Shown here: positions 37,601 to 45,436 of the stretch, in pieces
Layout of the letters: every line of letters starts with the position of its first letter
Numbering within the stretch: the stretch's first letter is position 1
NCBI GenBank assembly: GCA_964547105.1
Contig: CAZJLO010000001.1
Span: 6,659-70,423, forward strand
DNA length: 63,765 nucleotides
DNA from: an uncultured Thermotogae bacterium
Lineage (GTDB): Bacteria; Bipolaricaulota; Bipolaricaulia; UBA7950; UBA9294
Direction of reading: 5' to 3'
Made by a program: the position numbers and the translations under genes
Notes under the pieces: generated by a model
Told to the model about the DNA's origin: nothing
Databases searched by the model: none
What the model saw: the letters and a program-made list of their open reading frames with translations, nothing else

Positions 37601-37957
37601 GCCCTGGCAATCGGTATGGGCGGGGCAAGCTGTCTGACACGGAGCGATGCAATCTCCCCAGTGATTCGACAAGAGCAGCTCCAGTGCCGCTTTCCGGACC
37701 TTACGCACTGCCTCGGAGTCGCTGACCACCGTCATTCCGTCCTCGATCGGGGTCGAGCAGGACTTCACGACGCCTTTGCCTTCCACCTCGACGACACACA
37801 CACCACAGGAGTCAAACGGGTCCAGCCGTTCGTCCGCGCAAAGCGCCGGGATGTCGATCCCAATGCGTCGCGCAACGGCAAGGATCATCTCGCCAGGTTC
37901 CCCTGTTGCCGACTGCTGGTTGATCGTGATCGTGATCGTCTTTGGCTTGTCGCTCAT
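34634..37957 (-). CDS. Large FeS-flavoprotein: NuoG/BfuA-like subunit fused to a GltD/NfnA-like FAD/NAD(P) module, with a degenerate molybdopterin-domain tail
   Basis: N-terminal [2Fe-2S] (IPALC..CGVCVV..C); CQTACP and GRICPAPCEDAC; GGGPAG, GGGNTA; CLECGC; CVQCGRCIRVC, CVSCGACVDTCP; CALCGVGC..LCARG. Confidence 0.85.
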   Translation of the reverse strand: MSDKPKTITITINQQSATGEPGEMILAVARRIGIDIPALCADERLDPFDSCGVCVVEVEGKGVVKSCSTPIEDGMTVVSDSEAVRKVRKAALELLLSNHWGDCIAPCQTACPAHTDCQGYVTLAANGKFDDGLKLLYEHLPFPASFGRICPAPCEDACRRTIAEEPLQIRHLKRFLGDRDVDYTPSIAEATGKRIAVVGGGPAGLSAAYFLRRRGHAVTVFEAMPRMGGMLRYGIPEYRLPHNVLDREIDVFRRMGIDLRNGVRLGSDITYQQLADEYDAIFLGIGAWGTHGMGIPGETHPSVAQGTDFLRQVNNGDRPQMPSRVAVIGGGNTAMDAARCARRLGADVTVIYRRTEEEMPALAHEVAEARDEQVSFRFLTQPIEFLGDGDTLRGIRCVQMELGQPDESGRRRPIPIEGSEFVVNVDAALLAVGQAVDSSCLLGTGIAVDRRGRLVADSLTGQCSESLVFAGGDAVTGPSIAVDAVGAGHRAADAIDRIFRGQVAGSDPVYNHVKEDVTFSDIGHPATAPRIRTAVRAADVRVLDFDEYETALTDDEAVAAGQRCLECGCMSFNDCALREYASAIDADQHAYAGQPPRIRRDERHPFIVRKVGKCVQCGRCIRVCRDVCGVAAIEFSGRGIETEVQAPFNRAWQDSDCVSCGACVDTCPTGALYDRTTLAKQAPVDVDRTSTICALCGVGCEIDVLTLYGNYVRTVPSDGKSVLCARGRYGWHAIASQPRITSPMIRRGSALVESSWEDALHEASRLVSQANKRTAVFGTGLLTHEEGWLVARLADGLRGGAPIFDVVPSPKVEIDANSIARLDDLDRADVLVVVSPTESYGKVSVDAILRQAMGHGVRLISLGACVPGATAELPAEATLALLGGLRDARSNATTDDQGIREAVAAIGEGKRVVFVVRSHAVDHHALGAIAGLVKMDPQWKILLVPATANGIGLRRLGFVENMAGAAGVWISVGSDPASTAAGRRYLLDVEALIAVSPVANETTERAQIVLPMRTPIETRGRVAGMRGEQDLVRAVDGPLDLETWEVIGRLAAALGVEGLPETYDKLVEVVRADMKKTAGSAAVAGSTPASLASRIDRALGTLLEGVS

Positions 37958-39738
37958 GCCGCCACCTTCCCGGATTGCACGGTGATCGCATCAAAGGGAC
38001 ACGCTGCAGCGCAACGTCCGCACTTCACACACACCGACTCGTCGATCACCTGGAACGTTCCGTCGCCTTGAGAGATCGCATCGACCGGACACTGCCTGAC
38101 ACACAGTTTGCAGTCACGGCAGGCTTCGGAATCGATCCGGTAGGTAATCAGTTCACGGCATACGCCGGCTGGACATCGTCCATCTTCGAGATGAGCACGG
38201 TATTCGTCACGGAAGTAACGCGTCGTGGTCAACACCGGGTTGGGCGCGGTCTGCCCAAGTCCGCACAGCGAAAATGACTTCACCATGTTGCCGAGTTCGA
38301 CCAGCTGATCGATGTCCTCTACCGTTCCTTCTCCACGGCACATCTTCTCGAGCATACTCAGCATACGCTTGGTGCCGATGCGGCAGAATGTGCACTTCCC
38401 ACAGGATTCCTTCTGCGTGAAATCGAGGAAGTATCGGGCGACATCGACCATGCACGTTGCCTCGTCAAGAACGATCATTCCTCCGGACCCAACGATGGCG
38501 CCTGTTTCTTTCAGGGATTCATAATCCACCGGGACATCGGCCATCGACGCTGGGATGCAGCCTCCGGAAGGACCGCCCATCTGGACGGCTTTCAGCTTCC
38601 TGTCGTTGAGAACGCCTCCTCCGATCTTGAAAACGATATCGGAGATGGACATCCCCATGGGGATCTCGATCAATCCACTGCGCTTGATTTTCCCCGCAAG
38701 CGCAAACACCTTCGTGCCCTTGCTCCCTTCGGTGCCGTTCGCTGCGAATGCCGCGGCGCCGCGCCGAAGAATCCACGGAATGTTCGCCAATGTTTCCACA
38801 TTGTTGATGACGGTCGGCTTGCCCCACAGCCCTGCCGTCGTCGGATACGGCGGCCGGCGTCGCGGGACACCGCGCTTGCCTTCGATCGACGCAATCAGGG
38901 CGGTTTCTTCTCCGCACACAAACGCACCCGCTCCGGCCTTGATCGTGACATCGAAGCAGAATTCCGTACCGAGGATTTCGGCACCAAGGAGATGTTCCTC
39001 GCGAGCATCGGCGATCGCCTTCTCCAGCCGCACGATCGCAAGCGGATACTCGGCCCGAACGTAGACATAGCCAAACGAAGCGCCGATCGCATACGCTGCG
39101 ATCGCCATTCCTTCAAGAACGCGATGCGGATCGCCCTCAAGAACGCTGCGATCCATAAACGCACCGGGATCGCCCTCATCGGCATTGCAGATCAGATACT
39201 TTTCGGGTTCCGCTTCCTTGGCCCCGAACGACCACTTCATCCACGTCGGGAACCCTGCCCCACCGCGGCCTCGAAGCCCGGATTGCTTGACCTCGTCGAT
39301 GACCTCCGCCGGAGTCATCTTGAGGACTGCCCGGCGCAAGCCGTCATATCCATGTTGCGCCCGGTACTCCTTGAGCGATTCGGGATCGATCACCCCGCAG
39401 TTCTCCAAGACAATGCGAACCTGATGGCGGAAGAACTCATCCTCCCTGACCGCAAGATCGTCAACCGGTGATCCTCCGACAAGGTGCTCGCTCACGATCC
39501 GCTCGACATCCTCAGGTTGGATCTGACAGTAGATCGTGGCCGCGCCGCGGTCATCGACAATCTCGACCAGCGGTTCGTTGTAGCACATCCCCATACAGCC
39601 GACCCGCTTCACGGACACATCGAGATTGTGTTGTTCGAGACTGCGGAGCATGGCGTCGTAAACCCGCTCCGCGCCGGCGGCGATCCCACACGTAGCCAAC
39701 CCGACTCGTACTTCAGCGACGGGCGCCCTCATACTCAT
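37954..39738 (-). CDS. NuoF/HydB/BfuB-like NADH-binding FMN subunit with N-terminal thioredoxin-like [2Fe-2S] and C-terminal 2[4Fe-4S]
   Basis: CGIAAG..GCMGMC..EP; GLRGRGGAGFPT, NADEGDPGAFMDR, GAGAFVCGEET, ESCGKCTFCR, CGLGQTAP, two CxxCxxCxxxCP; start ATG 39738 overlaps the NuoE-like stop. Confidence 0.92.
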   Translation of the reverse strand: MSMRAPVAEVRVGLATCGIAAGAERVYDAMLRSLEQHNLDVSVKRVGCMGMCYNEPLVEIVDDRGAATIYCQIQPEDVERIVSEHLVGGSPVDDLAVREDEFFRHQVRIVLENCGVIDPESLKEYRAQHGYDGLRRAVLKMTPAEVIDEVKQSGLRGRGGAGFPTWMKWSFGAKEAEPEKYLICNADEGDPGAFMDRSVLEGDPHRVLEGMAIAAYAIGASFGYVYVRAEYPLAIVRLEKAIADAREEHLLGAEILGTEFCFDVTIKAGAGAFVCGEETALIASIEGKRGVPRRRPPYPTTAGLWGKPTVINNVETLANIPWILRRGAAAFAANGTEGSKGTKVFALAGKIKRSGLIEIPMGMSISDIVFKIGGGVLNDRKLKAVQMGGPSGGCIPASMADVPVDYESLKETGAIVGSGGMIVLDEATCMVDVARYFLDFTQKESCGKCTFCRIGTKRMLSMLEKMCRGEGTVEDIDQLVELGNMVKSFSLCGLGQTAPNPVLTTTRYFRDEYRAHLEDGRCPAGVCRELITYRIDSEACRDCKLCVRQCPVDAISQGDGTFQVIDESVCVKCGRCAAACPFDAITVQSGKVAA

Positions 39739-40223
39739 CCGGCATCCCCCCTCCGATATCGTTCGAGAATTCCGGGAAGCGCCGCACGGGTGACGCGACC
39801 GTACGTTTCGCCGTCGATCATTACGGCCGGCGCCAAGCTGCAACAACCGAGGCACCGTACCGATTCCAGTGTGAACAGCCCGTCGGTGGTTGTTCCGCCT
39901 TCGACAATCTGCAGCTCCTCGCATAGAGAATCGAGAACATCCGCCGCCCCAAGCACATGGCATGCGGTGCCCTGGCAAACACGGATCAAATGGTCTCCCG
40001 GCGGAACCAATCGGAATTGAGAGTAGAAAGTCGCCACGCCGAACACAGCACTCTCGGGAACACACGCGTGCGCTGCCGCGCACTTCACTGCACCTTCCGA
40101 AAGGTATCCATACTCGGCTTGGATGGCCTGCAAAATGGGAATAACACTTGCCGCTCTCCGAGAGAACGGGGCAAGCAGTTCATCGATCGCCCTCTTCGGT
40201 AGCTTTGTTGTGGGCCGGCTCAC
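39735..40223 (-). CDS. NuoE/HydC/BfuC-like [2Fe-2S] subunit
   Basis: IPILQAIQAEYGYL, GVATFYSQF, VCQGTACHV, RCLGCCSLAP. Confidence 0.92.
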   Translation of the reverse strand: MSRPTTKLPKRAIDELLAPFSRRAASVIPILQAIQAEYGYLSEGAVKCAAAHACVPESAVFGVATFYSQFRLVPPGDHLIRVCQGTACHVLGAADVLDSLCEELQIVEGGTTTDGLFTLESVRCLGCCSLAPAVMIDGETYGRVTRAALPGILERYRRGDAG

Positions 40224-40380
40224 GATCGCTCCTTACTCTCAAGGTCTGTCGAACCATTCATGTCCACTGGCATCGGCAACCATCCTGCCAATGCACAAGG
40301 CGCCGCATTATCCCAACCGACCGCACATCCCTCAAGGCGGCGGCGGCGATTCGCAACGGTTAAGATCGACCCGATCCGTA

Positions 40381-41040
40381 ATGAACTACTACGCAGAGAC
40401 TGACGGGCACGTCTTCTTGGTGAAACACGGCAACCTGTGGACGCTCCCAATGGAAGATGAAATGCCGTTTCCGTATCAGACAATCGCAACCCTCCCAACG
40501 GTACCGCAGAGTCTGTTCGTCGTGCCGACATTGGCCCGACATCCCGAAGACTGGCCATGCAAAGATGATCTTGCGCAACGACTGGACGTCGCCCCTTTGG
40601 TCAAACAGGCTATCCATGCCACGATGCCTCGGGTCGTCGTCGAAGCCGTGTGCCGCGATGCAGAAGGCAACGTTCTGCTGGCAGAATCTTCGAGGGGGCT
40701 TTCGAAGAATCGCTGGTCGCTGCCCGGCGGGTTCCTCCGATTCGGAGAATCGCCGCTAGATGGAATCCGCCGCGAAATCAGAGAAGAGCTTGGCTGTGAT
40801 TGCATCGTCGGCCGATTGATCCGCGTGGAGGGAAGAATCGGATCCAGCGTACCTCTTCACTGGATCATGTTGTTCTATGAAGTAGACCTCGCAGGCGAAC
40901 CAACGCCCAACCCCGATGAGATCGCCGCGATTCGCTGGTTCGCGTCATCGGAAGCGTTGTTTCACCTTGGCGAGGGGCTGATGCAGCACGTGGTCGAGGA
41001 AGTCATCCGCACGGACGGTCGATCCGATTCGGGACGCTAG
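40381..41040 (+). CDS. NUDIX hydrolase with about 90-aa N-terminal extension
   Basis: Nudix box GGFLRFGESPLDGIRREIREELG; ATG 40381 chosen (longer frame overlaps the NuoE-like gene). Confidence 0.82.
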   Translation: MNYYAETDGHVFLVKHGNLWTLPMEDEMPFPYQTIATLPTVPQSLFVVPTLARHPEDWPCKDDLAQRLDVAPLVKQAIHATMPRVVVEAVCRDAEGNVLLAESSRGLSKNRWSLPGGFLRFGESPLDGIRREIREELGCDCIVGRLIRVEGRIGSSVPLHWIMLFYEVDLAGEPTPNPDEIAAIRWFASSEALFHLGEGLMQHVVEEVIRTDGRSDSGR

Positions 41041-42191
41041 AACAGGTCCAACCCGAGCGACAAGTTGATATCGCTGCACCACTCGGTGAAATGCTTCTCA
41101 TGACACAGCCGCACGCTCACCGTCACAAGCGTGTTCGCGGTCGGTGTGATGTTCAGGTTCAGTCCAATGTTGTGGGATGCTGTCGGATCGCCGACTACCC
41201 CATCAAGAGAAAGAAACTGCTCGCGCAGAAAGTCATACGACACGGCAAGACTGTACGTCTCACTTGCAAGGTAGTTGTAGGAGGCCGTGAGCGAGATTCG
41301 ATTGGCTTGTCGGATATTATAGGATCCGGAGACAGCTGACGAGATCAGGAATTGCGAACTTGGGGTCGTTGTGAACGCATACTTGGCGGACAGCGTCGCA
41401 AGAAGATCATTCGGGCCGTGTGTCGGATCGACCAGTTCGTATTCCAATCCCAACCGCACATCTCCGCCGCAGTACCGCGCAAGCCGATCGTCGTTGAGGA
41501 TCGCTTCGATCGCCGCCAAATCGGTCGCGTCCAACCCTTCTTCGACCACCACGCCACTGCTAAACAGAATCTGCCGCTCGATGACGGTCAAGAGCTCGGC
41601 GCGCGTGGAATAGGCATCAATGCTGCCGATCTCCCGCGCCAACGACAACAGATCCACATCGGCGAGGTGTTCGGTGAGGGCCCCGTGTGCATAGAGGATG
41701 TCATCGATCCGGACCGCCTTGGCAAGCGGCGTCACATCATTGAACCGTCCCGTTCCTACGCCAAGGAGAACGGAGATGGAAAGCCGCTCCGAATCGGATG
41801 TCGCTCCGGTCGAAAGCCCTGCAAACACGAACGTCGGACGGACGGCGTTTGCTTCGCGATCTTGTTCCAAGAACCACTTCAGACTTCCCTGGGCATCGAT
41901 TCGATACGTTGACAGCTCAAGCACCGAGATGAGTGTGTCTCCGTCGACCGAGTAGTCGTAGCCAAACAGGGGCGAATCGAACAGCTTGCTGTATCCAACT
42001 TTGAGGCGGCCGGCACTGACGTCGAACTCCTCTAGGCCGTAGGGATCATTGTGGTAGTTGTACGAGAACGAGATCTGCAGGTCGGTGAGCTCAGAACGGG
42101 CCGAGTTGTAATCGCAAAGCGGAATCGCCAGCCCCGAAAACCCAACAACGACGAGCAATATCCCCGCGACCATCCCTTTTTTTCGCCCCAT
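41037..42191 (-). CDS. Exported hypothetical protein, probable outer-membrane beta-barrel
   Basis: SD GAGGTG before ATG 42191; signal peptide; alternating aromatic/polar strands; C-terminal Phe (LSLGLDLF). Confidence 0.55.
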   Translation of the reverse strand: MGRKKGMVAGILLVVVGFSGLAIPLCDYNSARSELTDLQISFSYNYHNDPYGLEEFDVSAGRLKVGYSKLFDSPLFGYDYSVDGDTLISVLELSTYRIDAQGSLKWFLEQDREANAVRPTFVFAGLSTGATSDSERLSISVLLGVGTGRFNDVTPLAKAVRIDDILYAHGALTEHLADVDLLSLAREIGSIDAYSTRAELLTVIERQILFSSGVVVEEGLDATDLAAIEAILNDDRLARYCGGDVRLGLEYELVDPTHGPNDLLATLSAKYAFTTTPSSQFLISSAVSGSYNIRQANRISLTASYNYLASETYSLAVSYDFLREQFLSLDGVVGDPTASHNIGLNLNITPTANTLVTVSVRLCHEKHFTEWCSDINLSLGLDLF

Positions 42192-42331
42192 GTCAATCAC
42201 CTCTTCGCCCGTTAGAGTACGAACGGAGCGGGCGCACGGCAACCCGCTCTCCACCATGCGAGACGTCTGCCGGCTGTTCGGGCGGCTGGGCCGCCGTTCC
42301 TGGCTTGCGTCAATCAAGATACGAAGCCATT

Positions 42332-43423
42332 TCAACGGCCGCCGTCCGGTTCATCGAACAACGACAGTTGCCGTACGGAAGCCGCTGAGAGCCGAGACAC
42401 ACCGACGCCCAACAGCCGGACGCCGTGTTCTCCTATCCGAGCCCGCTCGTGAAAAAGGTGAATCGCCAGCTCGCCAATCAGATGGGGAGAAGATGTCGGC
42501 ACGGTGAGTCCGATTTGACGGGTCTCGGTTCGGAAGTCGGGAAACCGCACCTTGATCCGCACCGTTCTCGCAGCCAGATGACCCACTGCAAGTTGATTTC
42601 CGACTTCGTTTGCCATGCGGCGCAGCGACGCCTCCATCTCGATCGGATCGTTCAGATCCAGCGGATACGTGATCTCCCGGGAGATCGATCGGCAATCCCG
42701 TTGCGGCCGAATCGGCGTCGGATCCTGACCACGCGCCAGCCGATAGAGAACGTGTCCCATCTGCCCAAATTCGCGATCGAGCAGGGTCGAAGGGACTGTC
42801 CGAAGATCGGCAACCGTTCGTAGGCCCATACTGCAAAGTCGTCGCTCGGTCACGCGTCCGACCCCCCACAGTTGCCCGACACCGAGTGGCGCAAGCACGC
42901 TGGCCACCTCATCGGGGCGAATGACTCTGAATCCGTCCGGCTTGTCGAGCTCGGAGCCAAGTTTGGCAAGAAACCGGTTCACCGCTACGCCGACCGAACA
43001 CGACAGCCGCGTCTCCCGCCATACCCGACGCTTGGTACCAGCGGCGATCTGCGCTGCATCCTCGAGACTTGCTGCAGATGGCGACAGATCGAAGAACGCT
43101 TCATCCAGAGAGACTGGCTCGATCGACGACGAAACGGATCGAAGGATCTCCATCACACGGTTTGATACGCGCCGGTACTGGTCGAATCGAGGGCGGAGGA
43201 ACACGCCTCGTGGACACAGCCTCCGGGCATGCACCATCGACATTGCACTATGGATCCCGAACGTTCGCGCTTCATACGACGCCGTGGCCACAACTCCCCG
43301 CGGCCCCAATCCGCCAACAATCACTGGCTTGCCTCGCAGCGTAGGATCATCACGTTGCTCCACCGCGGCGAAAAACGCATCCATGTCAAGATGGGCAATC
43401 AGGGATTCGCTCCGTATCGTCAC
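42332..43423 (-). CDS. dinB: DNA polymerase IV
   Basis: HLDMDAFFAAVE, ATASYEAR, SLDEAF, AKLGS..KPDG, RLLGV; start GTG 43423 inferred. Confidence 0.93.
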   Translation of the reverse strand: MTIRSESLIAHLDMDAFFAAVEQRDDPTLRGKPVIVGGLGPRGVVATASYEARTFGIHSAMSMVHARRLCPRGVFLRPRFDQYRRVSNRVMEILRSVSSSIEPVSLDEAFFDLSPSAASLEDAAQIAAGTKRRVWRETRLSCSVGVAVNRFLAKLGSELDKPDGFRVIRPDEVASVLAPLGVGQLWGVGRVTERRLCSMGLRTVADLRTVPSTLLDREFGQMGHVLYRLARGQDPTPIRPQRDCRSISREITYPLDLNDPIEMEASLRRMANEVGNQLAVGHLAARTVRIKVRFPDFRTETRQIGLTVPTSSPHLIGELAIHLFHERARIGEHGVRLLGVGVSRLSAASVRQLSLFDEPDGGR

Positions 43424-43564
43424 TCGCCGCTCCTCCGACCACGTGCTGCAACGGGAGGCGGATGAATCCGGTGTCGCCCACCCGCCGGGCGTTGAGGTGT
43501 CCGCCGCCCCCTCATCATCGATTCGGTTCCCGCCCGTCAAAGAAGGATAGAATGGCGGAGTGAG

Positions 43565-44122
43565 ATGAACAACTACGGCATCGTTCTGACAGGCCGCCCC
43601 GGGGTCGGCAAGACAACGTTAATCCTGGACGTGATCTCCACGCTTGAATGCAGGGCGGGGGGGATGCTTACATCGGAGATCCGCAAATGCGGCCACCGGG
43701 TCGGATTCTCGGTCACCGACCTTGCAACCGGCCGCTCCGGCATCCTTGCTCATATCCACCAGACTGTCGGATACAGGATCGGAAGGTACCGGGTCTGTCT
43801 TGCGGATCTGAACGCGATCGGCATCGCCGCAATCCGGAATGCCGCCACCGATCCAGCGGTCGCGCTGGTGGTCATCGATGAGATCGCTCCAATGGAGCTA
43901 GTTTCTCCCGAGTTCGTTCCCGCAGTGGAACAAGCTCTCGATTGCGGCAAGCCATTGCTCATCTCGACGCACGCCCATACCGATCATCCATTGGTCCACG
44001 ACATCCGTCGCCGACTCGCCCTGGTGCGCGTCAAGCTCTCTAACCGGGATGCACTGCCAGGCACCGTGGCTCACGAGCTTGGCGCTCTGCTGGCAGCAAA
44101 CCCGATCGACGGAGAGCGATAG
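43565..44122 (+). CDS. THEP1/NTPase_1 family nucleoside triphosphatase
   Basis: LTGRPGVGKTT, GF...DL..G, RIGRYRV, VIDEIAPME. Confidence 0.88.
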   Translation: MNNYGIVLTGRPGVGKTTLILDVISTLECRAGGMLTSEIRKCGHRVGFSVTDLATGRSGILAHIHQTVGYRIGRYRVCLADLNAIGIAAIRNAATDPAVALVVIDEIAPMELVSPEFVPAVEQALDCGKPLLISTHAHTDHPLVHDIRRRLALVRVKLSNRDALPGTVAHELGALLAANPIDGER

Positions 44123-44161
44123 CGATATCGGGAACGAAGATCCTTTGACACACGGGATTCC

Positions 44162-44190
44162 TTGATTCGCTTCTGCGCTTCCGCTAACAT
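44162..44190 (+). promoter_or_regulatory. Sigma70 promoter for rpsT-secF-recJ
   Basis: TTGATT-17 nt-TAACAT. Confidence 0.5.
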
Positions 44191-44240
44191 TCGTTGTCCT
44201 TCCCATAGGCGGGATCGACATCGTGTTCGAGGTGATTGAA

Positions 44241-44501
44241 ATTCCTAATATCCGTTCTGCAGAGAAGCGATTGCGACAGAGTGAGAAACGTCGTGGAATG
44301 AACCGCGCGAGAAAGTCCGCGTTCCGGCGGATCGTCAAGGAACTGAAAGCGCTGGTTGCTTCCGGAGACCGAGATGCTGCGCAGGCATTGATCCCCGCCC
44401 TGAACAAGGCGCTGGACAAGGCGGCGAAGCACAACGCAATTCACAAGAACAAGGCCGACCGTATCAAGTCTCAGTGGGCTCGACGCGTGCAGGCGTTGTA
44501 G
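44241..44501 (+). CDS. rpsT: 30S ribosomal protein S20 (probable AUU start)
   Basis: PNIRSAEKRLRQSEKRR..NR..KS..R, LDKAAKHNAIHKNKADRIKS; SD GAGGTG 6 nt before ATT 44241 (alternative GTG 44232). Confidence 0.95.
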   Translation: MPNIRSAEKRLRQSEKRRGMNRARKSAFRRIVKELKALVASGDRDAAQALIPALNKALDKAAKHNAIHKNKADRIKSQWARRVQAL

Positions 44502-44515
44502 GAGGGAGAGCGCGG

Positions 44516-45436
44516 ATGCGGCAATACGACTTCCTCGGTAAGACGAAGTTTTTTGTTCCCCTTTCCATCGCATTGGTCCTGATCAGTGCGCTGCTCCTCG
44601 TTCCCCAGATCCGCGGCTGGAACCTGGGAATCGACTTTACGGGCGGGACAGAGTTCACGGTCAAGTTCAGCGAACCTGTGGATACGGCGCAAATCCGTGA
44701 ATCGTTGAGCGAACTGTCTTCGGGCGGAATCGATCTCACGCAAAGCGGTATTCAGAGCTATGGAAGCGACGACCGTGTCATCATCACGACGCCGCTCGAC
44801 ATTCGCGAAAACCAGGTTCTTGTTGAGCGCGTCGAGCAGATGCTGCGGGATGACTATCCGGTTGAGGATCCTGCTGCGGCCAATATCAGCCGTACCGCCA
44901 TCAGTCAGCAAGTGAGCCGCCAACTCACCGAAAAGGGATGGCAGGCCATCCTTCTCGCGTTGGTGATCGTCCTTGTCTACGTCTCATGGAGGTTCCGCCT
45001 GCGCTACGCCGTAGGTGCCGTGGTTGCCATTATTCATGATGTGGTCATCGCTCTCGGCATCTTTGCGCTGTTCAAAGTTGAGATCAACCTGCCCACGATT
45101 GCCGCATTCTTGACAATTCTTGGTTACTCGCTGAACGACACCATCGTCATCTACGATCGTGTTCGAGAGAATCTCAAGCTGAGTCCGCGCGGGAACATTT
45201 CGGAGATCATCAACCGCAGCATCAACCAATCTCTCTCTCGTACGATCAATACATCGTTGACGACGTTTATTCCGATCATCATCCTGTTCATCTTCGGAGG
45301 ATCGGTGCTTCGCGGTTTCTCCCTGGCACTGCTGATTGGTGTGATCGTCGGTACATATTCCTCGATGTACATCGCGTGCCCAATTCTTGAGTCTTGGGCA
45401 AAGAGAGCTGGGACCAAAACCAAGAAGCGCAAATGA
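44516..45436 (+). CDS. secF: Protein translocase subunit SecF
   Basis: LGIDFTGGT, HDVVI, LTILGYSLNDTIVIYDRVREN, SLSRTINTS. Confidence 0.95.
   Translation: MRQYDFLGKTKFFVPLSIALVLISALLLVPQIRGWNLGIDFTGGTEFTVKFSEPVDTAQIRESLSELSSGGIDLTQSGIQSYGSDDRVIITTPLDIRENQVLVERVEQMLRDDYPVEDPAAANISRTAISQQVSRQLTEKGWQAILLALVIVLVYVSWRFRLRYAVGAVVAIIHDVVIALGIFALFKVEINLPTIAAFLTILGYSLNDTIVIYDRVRENLKLSPRGNISEIINRSINQSLSRTINTSLTTFIPIIILFIFGGSVLRGFSLALLIGVIVGTYSSMYIACPILESWAKRAGTKTKKRK

Noticed and set aside
39739-40083. 115-aa N-terminal extension of the NuoF-like ORF
   Set aside because: Overlaps the NuoE-like gene; the real start is ATG 39738 at the ATGA overlap
43424-43564. Possible LexA box upstream of dinB
   Set aside because: No CTGT-N8-ACAG or GAAC-N4-GTTC palindrome found
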